From an uncultured Bacilli bacterium (GTDB lineage Bacteria > Bacillota_I > Bacilli_A > RF39 > UBA660), in contig CANQIU010000002.1 of assembly GCA_947624145.1 (NCBI GenBank), forward strand, positions 1 to 48,856: DNA of 48,856 bases, written 5' to 3'. Below are positions 8,553-19,748 of this stretch, one piece after another. Position 1 is the stretch's first letter. Every line of letters begins with the position of its first letter. Position numbers and translations under genes: made by a program. The notes under the pieces are model-generated. The model saw nothing but the letters and a program-made list of their open reading frames with translations, searched no databases and had not been told where the DNA came from.

Positions 8553-9347
8553 ATGAAAGGAATCTTAGGACGCAAAGTCGGCATGACTCAGGTCTTTACT
8601 AAAGATGGTAAACTTATTCCGGTAACAGTTGTTGAAGTTGAACCTAATACCGTAATGCAAGTTAAAACTTTAGAAAAAGATGGATATAATGCTTTAAAAC
8701 TTGGCGTATTTGAAAAGAAAGAAAAAAACGCTACTAAAGCCGAAATTGGTAATGCTAAAGTAGCAAAAACAACTCCTAAGCGCTTCTTAAAAGAAATTCG
8801 TGATTTTGATGGAAGTTATGAAGTTGGAGCAGCAATTGATGCGAGCATCTTTGCCGTAGGAGAAGTAGTCGATGTAACAGGTACATCAAAAGGTAAAGGT
8901 TTTCAAGGTGTTATTCGAAGAAATAACCAATCTAGAGGACCTATGACCCATGGTTCTCACTATCACCGAGGACCCGGATCACTTGGTACAATGTTACCAA
9001 AAAGAGTCTTAAAGGGTAAAATGTTACCAGGACATATGGGAGTGGAAACAGTTACAATTCAAAACTTAGAAATTGTAGAAGTTAATCCAAATGAACATTA
9101 TATCCTTGTAAGTGGAAATATTCCCGGAGCTAAAAATTCATTAGTCTTAATAAAATCAGCTATTAAAAATTCTCGAAAGGCTAGTCCTAAAGAAGTAATC
9201 ACCTATGAAGAAGTTGTTGATGAAGTAGTAGAAGAAGTTAAAACTGAAGAAGTTACAGCACCTGTTGCTACTGATGAAATAAAAGAAGAAACTGTAGCCG
9301 AAGAAACTAAAGAAGAAGCTACGGAAGAAAAGGAAACTGAAGCGTAA
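8553..9347 (+). CDS. rplC: 50S ribosomal protein L3 with an acidic C-terminal extension
   Basis: [15 protein letters not shown]...[10 protein letters not shown]. The last ~50 aa are a Glu/Val/Thr-rich low-complexity tail. Confidence 0.95.
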   Translation: MKGILGRKVGMTQVFTKDGKLIPVTVVEVEPNTVMQVKTLEKDGYNALKLGVFEKKEKNATKAEIGNAKVAKTTPKRFLKEIRDFDGSYEVGAAIDASIFAVGEVVDVTGTSKGKGFQGVIRRNNQSRGPMTHGSHYHRGPGSLGTMLPKRVLKGKMLPGHMGVETVTIQNLEIVEVNPNEHYILVSGNIPGAKNSLVLIKSAIKNSRKASPKEVITYEEVVDEVVEEVKTEEVTAPVATDEIKEETVAEETKEEATEEKETEA

Positions 9348-9366
9348 GCTTTAGAAAGGAATTATT

Positions 9367-9993
9367 ATGACAAAGATAAGTGTTAAAAATCTTCAAGGGG
9401 AAAAAGTTAAAGATTTAACGATAGCTGATAACGTATGGAATATTGAAGTAAATGAAGACGTTTTAAAGAAAATGATTCGTTTACAACTTGATGCCTCAAG
9501 ACAAGGAACAAGAAAGACGAAGAATAGAAGTGAAGTTTCTGGGGGTGGAAGAAAGCCTTGGAAACAAAAAGGAACAGGTCGAGCTCGTCAAGGTAGTATA
9601 AGAGCTACTCAATGGCGGGGTGGAGGAATTCCATTTGGAGTTGTTCCAAGAGATTACTCTTTTAAAATAAATAAGAAAGAAAGAGTACTTGCTCTTAAGA
9701 GTGCTTTAACAAGTAAAGTATTAGAAAAGAAATTAGTAGTAATTGATAATTTTAATATGGATAGTAATAAAACTAAAGATGGTGTTAAAGTACTAGAAAA
9801 CTTAAAATTAAGTGATGATAAAGTATTATTTGTTACAAGTGATGATGCTGAAAACTTATATTTAGCAACAAGAAATTTACCTAATACATTAGTATTATAT
9901 AGTGATGAAGTAAATTGTTATGACTTAGTTAATGCTGATACTTTAGTTATTGATGAAAAAGCGGTTAAAAATATTGAGGAGGTGCTTAAATAA
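9367..9993 (+). CDS. rplD: 50S ribosomal protein L4
   Basis: SGGGRKPWKQKGTGRARQGSIRATQWRGGG motif, in S10-operon position. Confidence 0.95.
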   Translation: MTKISVKNLQGEKVKDLTIADNVWNIEVNEDVLKKMIRLQLDASRQGTRKTKNRSEVSGGGRKPWKQKGTGRARQGSIRATQWRGGGIPFGVVPRDYSFKINKKERVLALKSALTSKVLEKKLVVIDNFNMDSNKTKDGVKVLENLKLSDDKVLFVTSDDAENLYLATRNLPNTLVLYSDEVNCYDLVNADTLVIDEKAVKNIEEVLK

Positions 9994-10268
9994 TGAAACA
10001 TTATGCAGATATCATTATTGCACCAGTAATTACCGAAAAGTCAATTGCGGCAAGAGAAAATGGTGTTTATACTTTTAAAGTTGTAAAGAGTGCCACAAAA
10101 ACCGATATTAAAAAAGCAATTGAAGAAGCATTTAAAGTAAATGTAGTTAGTGTTAATACATTAAATACAAAATCAAAAAGAAGAAGAGTCGGACGTTATG
10201 CCGGCCGTACTAAAACCTATAAGAAAGCAATTGTTACATTAGCTTCAGGTTCTAGTATTGATTTATAG
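9993..10268 (+). CDS. rplW: 50S ribosomal protein L23
   Basis: 91 aa, IIAPVITEKS...YTFKV, in operon position. Confidence 0.93.
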   Translation: MKHYADIIIAPVITEKSIAARENGVYTFKVVKSATKTDIKKAIEEAFKVNVVSVNTLNTKSKRRRVGRYAGRTKTYKKAIVTLASGSSIDL

Positions 10269-10285
10269 TAAGGAGGTAAACATAT

Positions 10286-11119
10286 ATGGCAATTAAACAT
10301 TTTAAACCTACGACTAATGGCCGCAGGGGAATGAGCACATTAACTAATGATGAATTAACACCTAATGTTGCTCCTACTAAATCACTTTTAAAAGCTCAAA
10401 GTAAAACTGGTGGAAGAAATAATCAAGGTAAAATGACCGTTCGTCATATTGGGGGCGGTGCTCGAAAGAAATATCGGGTAATTGATTATAAAAGAGATAA
10501 AATTGGGGTAACTGGTCGCGTTGCATCGATTGAATATGATCCAAATAGATCAGCCAATATTGCTTTAATTAATTATAAAGATGGCGAAAAAAGATATATC
10601 ATTGCCCCAAATGGTTTAGAAGTTGGCATGATTATTGAAAATGGTGCGGATGCGGATATTAAAGTTGGTAACTCTTTACCACTTGCAAGTATCCCTGTTG
10701 GTACTACTGTTCACTGTCTAGAATTAAGTCCAGGTAAAGGCGCAGAACTTTGCCGGAGTGCTGGAGCTAGTGCCCAAATCCTAGGCCGGGAAGGAAAATA
10801 TGTCATGGTTCGTTTAATGAGCGGCGAAACAAGACTTATCCTTGGCACCTGTATAGCAACTATTGGGGTTGTAGGTAATGAAGATTACAAATTAGTTAAT
10901 CTTGGTAAAGCTGGTCGCAAACGTCATATGGGAATTCGTCCTACCAACCGTGGTTCTGTTATGAACCCTAATGATCACCCTCATGGTGGTGGTGAAGGTA
11001 GAGCACCTATTGGTCGTAAGAACCCAATGACTCCTTGGGGTAAACCTGCTCTTGGAGTTAAAACTCGTAAATCTAAGAAAGCTTCTGAAAAGCTTATTGT
11101 TAGTAGGAAGAATAAGTAG
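10286..11119 (+). CDS. rplB: 50S ribosomal protein L2
   Basis: [15 protein letters not shown]...[13 protein letters not shown]. Confidence 0.96.
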   Translation: MAIKHFKPTTNGRRGMSTLTNDELTPNVAPTKSLLKAQSKTGGRNNQGKMTVRHIGGGARKKYRVIDYKRDKIGVTGRVASIEYDPNRSANIALINYKDGEKRYIIAPNGLEVGMIIENGADADIKVGNSLPLASIPVGTTVHCLELSPGKGAELCRSAGASAQILGREGKYVMVRLMSGETRLILGTCIATIGVVGNEDYKLVNLGKAGRKRHMGIRPTNRGSVMNPNDHPHGGGEGRAPIGRKNPMTPWGKPALGVKTRKSKKASEKLIVSRKNK

Positions 11120-11129
11120 GAGGATATAA

Positions 11130-11393
11130 ATGGCAAGAAGTTTAAAAAAAGGGCCTTTCGTGGATGAATCCCTTATGAAAAAGGTTCAAGAAATGAATAA
11201 AAGTAACAAAAAAACAGTTATTAAAACATGGTCAAGAAGATCTACTATTTTTCCTGATTTCGTGGGACACACAATCGCTGTTCACAATGGAAAGGATTTT
11301 ATTCCTGTTTATATAACTGAAGATATGGTTGGTCATAAATTAGGTGAATTTGCTTTAACTCGTAAATTCACAGGCCACGCTGGAAATAAATAG
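11130..11393 (+). CDS. rpsS: 30S ribosomal protein S19
   Basis: [12 protein letters not shown]...[23 protein letters not shown]. Confidence 0.95.
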   Translation: MARSLKKGPFVDESLMKKVQEMNKSNKKTVIKTWSRRSTIFPDFVGHTIAVHNGKDFIPVYITEDMVGHKLGEFALTRKFTGHAGNK

Positions 11394-11401
11394 GAGGTAT
11401 T

Positions 11402-11746
11402 ATGGAAGCATATGCAATTCATAAAAATGCTTTAATTAAACCTAGGTTAGCTCGGATGACTATGGATTTAATTAGAGGAAAAGATGTTGAAACTGCGCGC
11501 GGTATTTTAGAAAATACCAATACAAAAGCAAGCAGGCTAATACTTAAAGTTTTAAATTCAGCTGTTGCGAATGCTGTTAATAATAATGGTGCAACAGAAA
11601 GTGACTTAGTTATTAGTGAATGTTACATTAATCCTGGTCCTATTTATAAAAGAATTAAATTCGCTAGCCGGGGTAATGTTGATCGTCATGATAAAAGAAG
11701 TAGTCACATTACAGTTAAAGTAACTGATAATAAGGAGGTAAAGTAG
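11402..11746 (+). CDS. rplV: 50S ribosomal protein L22
   Basis: 114 aa, LIRGK.V..A..IL...NKA, in operon position. Confidence 0.93.
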   Translation: MEAYAIHKNALIKPRLARMTMDLIRGKDVETARGILENTNTKASRLILKVLNSAVANAVNNNGATESDLVISECYINPGPIYKRIKFASRGNVDRHDKRSSHITVKVTDNKEVK

Positions 11747-11747
11747 G

Positions 11748-12434
11748 ATGGGACAAAAAGTTAATCCAATAGGATATCGACTTGGCGTTAATAAAGAATG
11801 GCAAAGTCGTTGGTATTCTAAAAAAGATTATGCCGATAATCTAATTAAAGATGTTAAAATTAGAGAATATATTGAAAAAAATCTTAAAGATGCGGCAATT
11901 GCTTCTGTTATAATTGAAAGAAAGAAAAACAGATGTGAAATATCTATCTATACTGCTAAACCTGGTATTATTATTGGTCGTGGTGGCGAAGATATTGAAA
12001 AATTAAGAGGGAAAATTGCCAAACTTGTTGGCGCTAAACAAGAAGAAATATTTATAAATATTGTTGAAGAAAAAAATCCTGATTTAAATGCGCAATTAGT
12101 AGCTAATAATATTGCCAGTCAAATTGAAGCACGGGCTCCATTTAGAAGTGCGCAAAAAAGAGCTATTAAAAATACAATGAAAGCGGGAGCTAAAGGTTGT
12201 AAAACTAGCGTATCTGGTCGTTTAGGGGGAGCCGAAATGGCGCGAACTGAAGGATATACTGAAGGAACAGTGCCACTTCATACGATCAGAGCCGATGTTG
12301 ACTATGCTATAGCCGAAGCTAATACAACTTATGGTAAAATTGGGGTTAAAGTTTGGATTTATAAAAATGAAATTCTTCCTGCAAAAAAAACAGTGAAGGG
12401 AGCTGATAAAAATGTTGATGCCAAAGAGAACTAA
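11748..12434 (+). CDS. rpsC: 30S ribosomal protein S3
   Basis: [14 protein letters not shown]...[17 protein letters not shown] (KH domain). Confidence 0.95.
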   Translation: MGQKVNPIGYRLGVNKEWQSRWYSKKDYADNLIKDVKIREYIEKNLKDAAIASVIIERKKNRCEISIYTAKPGIIIGRGGEDIEKLRGKIAKLVGAKQEEIFINIVEEKNPDLNAQLVANNIASQIEARAPFRSAQKRAIKNTMKAGAKGCKTSVSGRLGGAEMARTEGYTEGTVPLHTIRADVDYAIAEANTTYGKIGVKVWIYKNEILPAKKTVKGADKNVDAKEN

Positions 12435-12849
12435 ATATCGTAAAAGCCATAGAATAAGTTATGATGGCCATGCTAAAGGTAATACCGAATTACATTTTGG
12501 TGAATATGGTTTAATGGCTATGGAAGGTGCTTGGATTTCAGCAAGACAAATTGAAGCAGCTCGTATTGCAATGACCCGTTATATGAAAAGGGGTGGAAAA
12601 GTATTTATTAATATTTTCCCACACATGCCAAGAACAAAAAAACCGCTTGAAACTCGTCAAGGTAAAGGTAAAGGTTCTGTAGAAGAATGGGTAGCAGTAG
12701 TTAAAGATGGCAAAATTATGTTTGAAATAACAGGAGTTGATGAAGCAACCGCTCGAGAAGCATTAAGACTTGCTTCCCATAAACTATCTGTTAAAACTAA
12801 ATTTGTTAAAAAAGATGATGTAAAGGGTGGTGATTCTCTTGGAAATTAA
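12412..12849 (+). CDS. rplP: 50S ribosomal protein L16
   Basis: [11 protein letters not shown]...[13 protein letters not shown]...GKGKGS. Overlaps the rpsC 3' end. Confidence 0.94.
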   Translation: MLMPKRTKYRKSHRISYDGHAKGNTELHFGEYGLMAMEGAWISARQIEAARIAMTRYMKRGGKVFINIFPHMPRTKKPLETRQGKGKGSVEEWVAVVKDGKIMFEITGVDEATAREALRLASHKLSVKTKFVKKDDVKGGDSLGN

Positions 12850-13039
12850 AGAAATTCGAAAAATGTCCAATGAAGAATTAACAAAGAAAATAAAGGAAAC
12901 TAAAGAAGATTTATTCCAAAAAAGAATGCAACAAGCAAATGGAACTTTAGATAAACCAACTGTTTTAAGAACACTTCGAAGAGATATTGCTAAAATGAAA
13001 ACAGTTTTAAATGAAAGAGAAGTTGGAGGTAACAAATAA
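12839..13039 (+). CDS. rpmC: 50S ribosomal protein L29 (start probably TTG at 12839)
   Basis: (M)[25 protein letters not shown] matches the usual L29 N-terminus. AAGGGTGGTG RBS lies 6 nt upstream of the TTG. The GTG at 12827 in the ORF track would add 4 residues. Confidence 0.85.
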   Translation: MEIKEIRKMSNEELTKKIKETKEDLFQKRMQQANGTLDKPTVLRTLRRDIAKMKTVLNEREVGGNK

Positions 13040-13296
13040 TGGCAGAAATTAAACAAGAACTTATTGGACGTGTTGTTAGTGCTACAAATAATAAGACAAT
13101 TACTGTTTTAGTCGAAACTTCAAAAAAACATCCTTTATATAAAAAACAAGTTAAATATTCCAAAAAATATGCCGCACATGATGAGGCAAATAAAGCAAAA
13201 GTAGGAGATACAGTTAAAATTAGAATGACTAAACCTATATCTAAAACGAAAAGATATGAATTAGTGGAAGTCCTAGTTGATGCTGTTATCCTTTAG
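13039..13296 (+). CDS. rpsQ: 30S ribosomal protein S17
   Basis: 85 aa, GRVVS...NKTITVLVE...HPLYKK, in operon position. Confidence 0.93.
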   Translation: MAEIKQELIGRVVSATNNKTITVLVETSKKHPLYKKQVKYSKKYAAHDEANKAKVGDTVKIRMTKPISKTKRYELVEVLVDAVIL

Positions 13297-13307
13297 GAGG
13301 TATTATT

Positions 13308-13676
13308 ATGGTAATGCAAGAAAGTAAACTTAAAGTTGCTGATAACTCAGGCGCTCGCGAACTTTTAGTAATAAGAGTTATGGGCGGATCTAAAGTTAAA
13401 TATGGAAATATTGGCGATGTAGTTGTTGGCACAGTTAAAAAAGCTATTCCTAATAGTCCAATGAAAAAAGGTAAAGTTGTTAAAGCAGTTATTGTAAGAA
13501 GTGTTGAAGGTGTTCGAAGACCAGATGGTTCTTATATTAAATTTGATGACAATGCCTGTGTCTTAATTAGAGATGATAAATCGCCTATTGGAACTCGGGT
13601 TTTAGGTCCAGTAGCTAGAGAGTTAAGAGAAAAAGATTTTACCAAGATTGTATCTCTTGCTCCGGAAGTATTATAG
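13308..13676 (+). CDS. rplN: 50S ribosomal protein L14
   Basis: [14 protein letters not shown]...FDDNACVLI. Confidence 0.95.
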   Translation: MVMQESKLKVADNSGARELLVIRVMGGSKVKYGNIGDVVVGTVKKAIPNSPMKKGKVVKAVIVRSVEGVRRPDGSYIKFDDNACVLIRDDKSPIGTRVLGPVARELREKDFTKIVSLAPEVL

Positions 13677-13685
13677 GAGGTACTT

Positions 13686-14042
13686 ATGAAAGTTAAAGTT
13701 GGCGATAATGTAAAAATTCTTGCTGGAAAAGATAAAGGCAAAGAAGGTAAAGTATTAAGAACTCTTAAAAAAGAAAATAAAGTAGTTGTTGAAGGAATAA
13801 ATATTGTTAAAAGACATTCTAAACCAAGAACTACTAATGAATCAGGAGGAATATTTGATGTTGAAGCTCCTATGCATGCATCAAATGTTAAAGTTATAGC
13901 TGGTAAAAAAGAAACTAAAAAGCCAGTTAAAGAAAAAAAGGTAGAAGAAGCAAAAGTAGAAGAAGTTAAGAAAACAACTAAGAAACAAGCAACTAAAGAA
14001 ACGAAAACTACAAAAACAACTTCTAAGAAAGCGAGTAAGTAG
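13686..14042 (+). CDS. rplX: 50S ribosomal protein L24 with a Lys-rich C-terminal extension
   Basis: [23 protein letters not shown] (KOW motif). The C-terminal ~45 aa are a Lys/Thr/Glu-rich tail. Confidence 0.93.
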   Translation: MKVKVGDNVKILAGKDKGKEGKVLRTLKKENKVVVEGINIVKRHSKPRTTNESGGIFDVEAPMHASNVKVIAGKKETKKPVKEKKVEEAKVEEVKKTTKKQATKETKTTKTTSKKASK

Positions 14043-14044
14043 TT

Positions 14045-14584
14045 ATGAGTAATTTTAAAGAATTATATAATAAAGAAATTATTCCAGCCTTAAAAAAAGA
14101 ATATAACTATAGTACGGTTATGGCAGTGCCAAAATTAGAAAAAATAGTTATTAATATGGGTGTTGGTGAAGGTAGTAAAGATGAAAAATTCATTACGGCT
14201 GCTGTTCATGATTTAGAATTAATCACTGGTCAAAAACCAGTTGTAACTAAAGCTCGTAATTCGATTGCGGGATTTAAAATAAGAGAAGGTCAACCTGTTG
14301 GGGTTAAAGTTACTTTAAGAGGAGAATATATGTATTACTTCTTAGAAAAATTAATTAAAGTGGCTTTACCACGGGTTAGAGATTTCCGTGGTGTTTCTCC
14401 TCATGCTTTTGATGGTAAAGGAAATTATACCATTGGAATTAAAGAACAATTAATATTCCCAGAAATAGAATATGATGATGTTGTTAAAGTAAGAGGTATG
14501 GATATTGTCTTTGTTACGACAGCTAAAAGTAATGAAGAAGCCAAAAGCTTACTAAAAGGCTTTGGAATGCCTTTCAAGAATTAA
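14045..14584 (+). CDS. rplE: 50S ribosomal protein L5
   Basis: 179 aa, [10 protein letters not shown]...RDFRGVS...[20 protein letters not shown]. Confidence 0.95.
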   Translation: MSNFKELYNKEIIPALKKEYNYSTVMAVPKLEKIVINMGVGEGSKDEKFITAAVHDLELITGQKPVVTKARNSIAGFKIREGQPVGVKVTLRGEYMYYFLEKLIKVALPRVRDFRGVSPHAFDGKGNYTIGIKEQLIFPEIEYDDVVKVRGMDIVFVTTAKSNEEAKSLLKGFGMPFKN

Positions 14585-14597
14585 GGAGGATGTTGTT

Positions 14598-14783
14598 ATG
14601 GCAAAGAAAAGTATGATTGTTAAAAACAAAAGAACACCAAAATTTTCTACTCGGGCATACACTCGTTGTAATCGCTGTGGACGTCCTCATGGTGTCTTAA
14701 AAAGATATGGTATATGCCGGATATGCTTTCGAGAACTTGCTAATGAAGGTAAGTTACCAGGCGTTAAGAAATCTAGTTGGTAA
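14598..14783 (+). CDS. rpsN: 30S ribosomal protein S14, zinc-binding type Z (61 aa)
   Basis: MAKKSMIVK...CNRCGRPHG...CRICFRE...KKSSW. AAGGAGGA RBS precedes the ATG at 14598. Confidence 0.93.
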   Translation: MAKKSMIVKNKRTPKFSTRAYTRCNRCGRPHGVLKRYGICRICFRELANEGKLPGVKKSSW

Positions 14784-14797
14784 GGAGGAAATAAGTA

Positions 14798-15196
14798 ATG
14801 TTTGTACAAGATAAAATAGCGGATATGCTTACAAGAATTCGTAATGCAAATCAAATGAAATATGAAACAGTTGAAGTTGTTGGTACGAAGATGACTCTTG
14901 GAATCGCGGAAATACTTAAAAATGAAGGTTATATTGCGGAATATAATTATGAAAAAGATTCTAAAGGTGATAAACTTACTTTAACTCTAAAATATGGAGC
15001 TAAAAAAGAAAGAGTTATTACAGGTCTTAAAAGAATTAGTAAATCTGGTTTAAGAGTTTATGCTAAAGCTTCCGAAGTTCCTCGCGTTTTAAATGGTTTA
15101 GGAATAGCCATTATTTCCACTAGTGAAGGTTTAATGACTGATAAAGAAGCTCGAGCTAAAGGTTTAGGAGGTGAAGTTCTTGCCTATATTTGGTAA
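14798..15196 (+). CDS. rpsH: 30S ribosomal protein S8
   Basis: [13 protein letters not shown]...GGEVLAYIW. Confidence 0.95.
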   Translation: MFVQDKIADMLTRIRNANQMKYETVEVVGTKMTLGIAEILKNEGYIAEYNYEKDSKGDKLTLTLKYGAKKERVITGLKRISKSGLRVYAKASEVPRVLNGLGIAIISTSEGLMTDKEARAKGLGGEVLAYIW

Positions 15197-15205
15197 GATT
15201 AACTT

Positions 15206-15742
15206 ATGAGTAGAATAGGTGAAAGAAAACTTACACTTCCAACTGGTGTAACAGCTACACTAGAAGGAAATAAATTATCTGTTAAAGGAGCTAAAGGAGA
15301 ACTTGCTTTAGTAGTTAGTGATTTAATTGATGTGGTAATTGAAGATAATGTTGTTTCGACGAAACAAAAAAGAGCATCTAAAAGAGCTAATGTTATGCAA
15401 GGAACTACTAATTCTTTAATTAATAATATGATTAAAGGTGTATCAACTGGTTTTGAAGTTGGTCTAGAAGCTGTTGGGGTTGGATATCGTTTCAATGTCC
15501 AAGGAAATAAAGTTAGCATTAATGCTGGTTATTCTCATCCGGTTGTAATTGATGTTCCAACGGGCTTAAGTGTTACCCAAGAAAGTAATACGGAAATTAC
15601 AATTCATGGAATTGATAAAGAAAAAGTTTCTGAATTTGCGGCAAATATTCGTAAGGTAAGAGAACCAGAACCTTATAAGGGTAAAGGTATTCGTTATAAA
15701 GGTGAATATGTTCGTCGTAAAGAAGGAAAGAAAGCGGCATAG
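15206..15742 (+). CDS. rplF: 50S ribosomal protein L6
   Basis: MSRIGERKLTLP.GV...EPYKGKGIRYKGE. Confidence 0.95.
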   Translation: MSRIGERKLTLPTGVTATLEGNKLSVKGAKGELALVVSDLIDVVIEDNVVSTKQKRASKRANVMQGTTNSLINNMIKGVSTGFEVGLEAVGVGYRFNVQGNKVSINAGYSHPVVIDVPTGLSVTQESNTEITIHGIDKEKVSEFAANIRKVREPEPYKGKGIRYKGEYVRRKEGKKAA

Positions 15743-15759
15743 GGAAGGAGTAGAAAATA

Positions 15760-16116
15760 ATGATAAAAAAAGAATCTAATAATGTGGCAAGACTTCGTCG
15801 TCATGCCCGAGTTCGTAAAACTGTCTCTGGAACTAAAGAAGTTCCAAGATTAAATGTTTTTCGTTCTAATAATGGTATTTATGCTCAAGTAATTGATGAT
15901 GTTACTGGTACAACCCTTGCTAGTTCTTCTAACTTAGAATTAAAAATTAAAAATGGTGGTAATATTGAAGCAGCTCAAGCGGTTGGTAAAGATATTGCCG
16001 AAAAATGTCAAAAATTAAAAATTAAGAAAGTTGTCTATGACCGTGGCGGATATCAATATCATGGTCGTGTTGCGGCTTTAGCTGATGCAGCTAGAAGCAA
16101 TGGACTAGAATTTTAG
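15760..16116 (+). CDS. rplR: 50S ribosomal protein L18
   Basis: [10 protein letters not shown]...[17 protein letters not shown]...YDRGGY.YHGRV.ALADAAR..GL.F. Confidence 0.95.
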   Translation: MIKKESNNVARLRRHARVRKTVSGTKEVPRLNVFRSNNGIYAQVIDDVTGTTLASSSNLELKIKNGGNIEAAQAVGKDIAEKCQKLKIKKVVYDRGGYQYHGRVAALADAARSNGLEF

Positions 16117-16125
16117 GGAGGTAAC

Positions 16126-16629
16126 ATGAGAAATCAAAAACAAGAACCAAAGAAAAACTTATTAGAAGAAAAAGTTATTTCAATAACAAGAGTTACTAAA
16201 GTTACACAAGGTGGTAGACATTTTCGTTTTTCAGCTACCGTGGCTGTAGGAAATAGAAAAGGCTTAGTTGGTATTGGTAGTGGTAAAGCTAATGAAGTAC
16301 CAGAAGCTATAAAAAAAGCTATTCAAGCAGCTAATAAAAATGTCACGAAGATTGCTTTAAGCGAAGGAAGAACTATTCCTCATGAAGCAACAGCGAAAGT
16401 TGGTCGTTCTATCGTTTTAATTAAACCGGCTAAAGCTGGTCGCGGAATTGTTGCTGGTGGAGCTGCCAGAGCTGTTCTAGAACTTGCCGGAGTTAAGGAT
16501 ATTGTTTCTAAATCTTTAGGAGCTAATACCCAAATCAATGTAGCTAAAGCTACTTTAGAAGCTTTACAAAGCGAAAGAACTCCGGAACATATTGCTGAAC
16601 TTCGTGGTAAGAAAGTTGAGGAACTATAA
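16126..16629 (+). CDS. rpsE: 30S ribosomal protein S5
   Basis: [38 protein letters not shown]. Confidence 0.95.
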   Translation: MRNQKQEPKKNLLEEKVISITRVTKVTQGGRHFRFSATVAVGNRKGLVGIGSGKANEVPEAIKKAIQAANKNVTKIALSEGRTIPHEATAKVGRSIVLIKPAKAGRGIVAGGAARAVLELAGVKDIVSKSLGANTQINVAKATLEALQSERTPEHIAELRGKKVEEL

Positions 16630-16630
16630 A

Positions 16631-17074
16631 ATGAAATTAGAAAATTTACCAAAAACAAAAGAAATGAAAGTTGAAAAGAGAGTTGGACGGGGCCCAGGAA
16701 GTGGAATGGGTAAGACATCTACGCGCGGTGAAAAAGGTCAAAAAGCGCGAAGTGGTGCTTCCATTTCTGCTTGGTTCCAAGGTGGACAAACACCACTTTA
16801 TCGTCGAATTCCAATTAGAGGTTTCAATAATGCTAAATTTAGATGCGAATATGCTGTAATTAATTTAAGCGATTTAGAAAAATTCTTTAATGATGGCGAT
16901 GAAGTTAATCCAACTATTTTACAAGAAAGAGGAATTGTTAAAAAACAACTTGCGGGTATTAAAGTTTTAGCTAATGGCGAATTAACCAAGAAATTAACTG
17001 TTAAGGCGCAAAGATTCTCAGCTAAAGCAGTGACAAAGATTGAAAATGCAGGCGGCAAAGCTGAGGTGATTTAG
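16631..17074 (+). CDS. rplO: 50S ribosomal protein L15
   Basis: MKLENL...RVGRGPGSGMGKTSTRGEKGQKARSG. The ATG at 16631 lies 1 nt after the rpsE stop, so no rpmD (L30) lies between them. Confidence 0.93.
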   Translation: MKLENLPKTKEMKVEKRVGRGPGSGMGKTSTRGEKGQKARSGASISAWFQGGQTPLYRRIPIRGFNNAKFRCEYAVINLSDLEKFFNDGDEVNPTILQERGIVKKQLAGIKVLANGELTKKLTVKAQRFSAKAVTKIENAGGKAEVI

Positions 17075-18364
17075 ATGTTTAAAGGGATTACCCAACTTTT
17101 TAGTAAAGAAAATAAAGATTTAAGAAAAAGAATTTATTTAACCCTTTTTTGTTTAGGAATATTTTGTCTAGGAACTACCATTACTATTCCTTGGGCCAAA
17201 CCCTGGACAACGGATATTATCAAAACCTTAGACTTAGGTTTCTTAGAAATATTTAACTTAATGAGTGGGGGCGGACTTAAAACATTTGCAATATTTGGTT
17301 TAGGAGTATCTCCTTATATTACGGCATCCATTATTACCCAATTATTACAAATGGATATTATCCCTTACTTTAAGGAATTAAAAGACCAAGGCTATGTAGG
17401 AAGACAAAAGATTAATAAAATAACTCGTTACTTAGGTATTTTAATTGGTTTCTTCCAAGCTTATGTTGTATGTTATTTCTATTTAAGAGGAGCCGATGTC
17501 ATGACGATGCTTAAAGTATCCTTAGTTATGACGGCTGGTACCGCCTTCTGTTTATGGATGGGGGATGAAATAACTAATAAAGGAATTGGTAATGGTCAAT
17601 CTTTACTAATTATGGCCGGGATTTTACAAAGTATGCCAGCCGTTTTTACCGGAGCTTTCCGGGGATTTATCCTAAGTGGTTCTTATACTAACTGGGTAGG
17701 CATATTATTATTCTGTATATTTGTCATAGTTTATATTTTAATTATTGTTGGCGTTATTTGGATTCAACTAGCCGAAAGAAGAATTCCGATTCAATATGCG
17801 AATCGTTCAACCACGGCTTATGGAGCTCAAGCTAGTTTTTTACCTCTAAAAATAAATGCTGCAGGAGTTATTCCCGTTATCTTTGCTTCAATCTTAACAA
17901 CGATTCCGGCAACAATTGTTGGTTTAACCAAAAAACAAGCGGCTATAAACTTTGTTAATAAATATATTGTTTATACGACCCCAACCGGATTTATAATATA
18001 TATTATTTTAATCTTTGCTTTTTCTTACTTCTATACATTCCTAGTAATGAATCCTGAAGAAATGAGCAAGAATTTAAATGAAAGAGGTGGATATATCCCA
18101 GGTGTAAGACCAGGAGCTGATACTTCTAATTATATTAGTAAATCTTTAGGAAAACTAACCTTTGCCGGTAGTATCTTCTTAGTTATCTTAGCCGGTATTC
18201 CTGTCATATTCTCTTTAATATTTAAGAATACTTTAGGTTCTAGTGTATCTTTAGGAGGTACCGGTATACTAATCGTTGTTGGTGTAGCCATTGAAACTTA
18301 TAAACAAATGGAAAGTAGCTTAATATCTAGAAGTTACAAAGCTCGCCAAAAGAGATTAAGATAA
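17075..18364 (+). CDS. secY: preprotein translocase subunit SecY
   Basis: 429 aa, multi-TM. Motifs GVSPYITASIITQLL and EITNKGIGNGQSLLI, in operon position. Confidence 0.95.
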   Translation: MFKGITQLFSKENKDLRKRIYLTLFCLGIFCLGTTITIPWAKPWTTDIIKTLDLGFLEIFNLMSGGGLKTFAIFGLGVSPYITASIITQLLQMDIIPYFKELKDQGYVGRQKINKITRYLGILIGFFQAYVVCYFYLRGADVMTMLKVSLVMTAGTAFCLWMGDEITNKGIGNGQSLLIMAGILQSMPAVFTGAFRGFILSGSYTNWVGILLFCIFVIVYILIIVGVIWIQLAERRIPIQYANRSTTAYGAQASFLPLKINAAGVIPVIFASILTTIPATIVGLTKKQAAINFVNKYIVYTTPTGFIIYIILIFAFSYFYTFLVMNPEEMSKNLNERGGYIPGVRPGADTSNYISKSLGKLTFAGSIFLVILAGIPVIFSLIFKNTLGSSVSLGGTGILIVVGVAIETYKQMESSLISRSYKARQKRLR

Positions 18365-19002
18365 TGCAAAATATTATATTTATTGCTCCTCCTGCCGCGG
18401 GCAAGGGAACAATTAGTGAATGTTTAAAAAATGACTTTGGCTATCAACATTTATCAACTGGTGATATGCTAAGAGAAGCTATAAAAGAACAAAGTCCTAT
18501 GGGCCTAATGGTCAAAGACATTATGAATGAAGGAAAATTAGTTAGTGATGAAATAGTTATTGACTTAATTTCTGATAAGTTAGGAGAAGATGGAAAACCA
18601 TTTATTTTAGATGGTTTTCCCCGAACCCTAAATCAAGCTTTAAAATTAACCGAATTATTAAATAACTTAAATAAAGATTATATTGTAATCTATTTAGATC
18701 TTCCTAAAGAAGAAGCTCTAAAAAGAATTGCAGGAAGACTTAATTGTTCTTGTGGCAAAACGTATAATACTTTAATTAATAGTTTAAAGCCTAAAAAAGA
18801 AGGTATTTGTGATATATGTGGTAATACGCTTATTAAAAGAGATGATGATAATCAAGAATCTTTCTTAGTTAGATATAATAGTTATTTAGAAAATACTAAA
18901 CCAATTATTAATTATTATTTAAGTAATAAAAGGTTAATTAAAATAGATGCGGCTAAAGATAAACAAAGTGTTTATCAAGATATAATCGAGGTTATTAAAT
19001 GA
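18364..19002 (+). CDS. adk: adenylate kinase (zinc-lid type)
   Basis: PPAAGKGT P-loop, ILDGFPRT, and lid cysteines CSCGKTYN...CDICG. Confidence 0.94.
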   Translation: MQNIIFIAPPAAGKGTISECLKNDFGYQHLSTGDMLREAIKEQSPMGLMVKDIMNEGKLVSDEIVIDLISDKLGEDGKPFILDGFPRTLNQALKLTELLNNLNKDYIVIYLDLPKEEALKRIAGRLNCSCGKTYNTLINSLKPKKEGICDICGNTLIKRDDDNQESFLVRYNSYLENTKPIINYYLSNKRLIKIDAAKDKQSVYQDIIEVIK

Positions 19003-19745
19003 TAAGTATTAAAAGTGCACGGGAAATTGAATTAATGAGGGAAGCTGGCAAGTTTAATCAATTAACGTTTCGCTTATTAGAAAAGCATTTAAAGGTAGGC
19101 GTTACGACTAAAATGTTAGATAAAGTTGCTCATGATTTCATAATTCAAAATAATTGTGTTCCTTCTTGCTTAGGTTATGAAGGTTATCCAGCTAGCATCT
19201 GTATTTCCATCAATGATGAAGTTGTTCATGGGATACCTGGTAAAAGAAAACTAAAAAATGGCGATATCGTATCCTTAGATTTAGTTTTATCTTATAAAGG
19301 TTATCATGCTGATGCCACCAGAACCTATATTATTGGTTCAGCTAGTCAAGAAGTAAAAGATTTAGTGAAAAATACCCGATTAGCTTTCTTTGAAGGCGTT
19401 AAAAAAGTTAAAGATGGAGCCAGAGTCCAAGATATTAGCAAAGCGATTGAAGATTTTGCTCATGCGCATGGCTTAAGTGTAGTTGAAGAATTATGTGGTC
19501 ATGGAATTGGTTTAGAGATGCACGAAGATCCTGACATTGAAAACTTTGATAATCATAATATGACGAAATTAAAAGAAGGAATGGTTATTGCTATTGAACC
19601 AATGCTTAATTTAGGAAGTAAAGAAGTTTATTTAGAAAGTGATGATTGGACGATTAAAACTGTTGATAAGATGCCATCTAGTCACTATGAAAATACCGTT
19701 TTAGTTACTAAAGACGGATATGAAATATTAACAGGAGATGATTAG
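18999..19745 (+). CDS. map: type I methionine aminopeptidase
   Basis: 248 aa, VVHGIP, DATRTY, GHGIG...HE.P, IEPM. Confidence 0.93.
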   Translation: MISIKSAREIELMREAGKFNQLTFRLLEKHLKVGVTTKMLDKVAHDFIIQNNCVPSCLGYEGYPASICISINDEVVHGIPGKRKLKNGDIVSLDLVLSYKGYHADATRTYIIGSASQEVKDLVKNTRLAFFEGVKKVKDGARVQDISKAIEDFAHAHGLSVVEELCGHGIGLEMHEDPDIENFDNHNMTKLKEGMVIAIEPMLNLGSKEVYLESDDWTIKTVDKMPSSHYENTVLVTKDGYEILTGDD

Positions 19746-19748
19746 ATT

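Noticed and set aside
16627-16633. A hidden rpmD (L30) ORF between rpsE and rplO.
   Set aside because: The rpsE stop (16627-16629) and the rplO ATG (16631) are 1 nt apart. No alternative frame there encodes an L30-like peptide.
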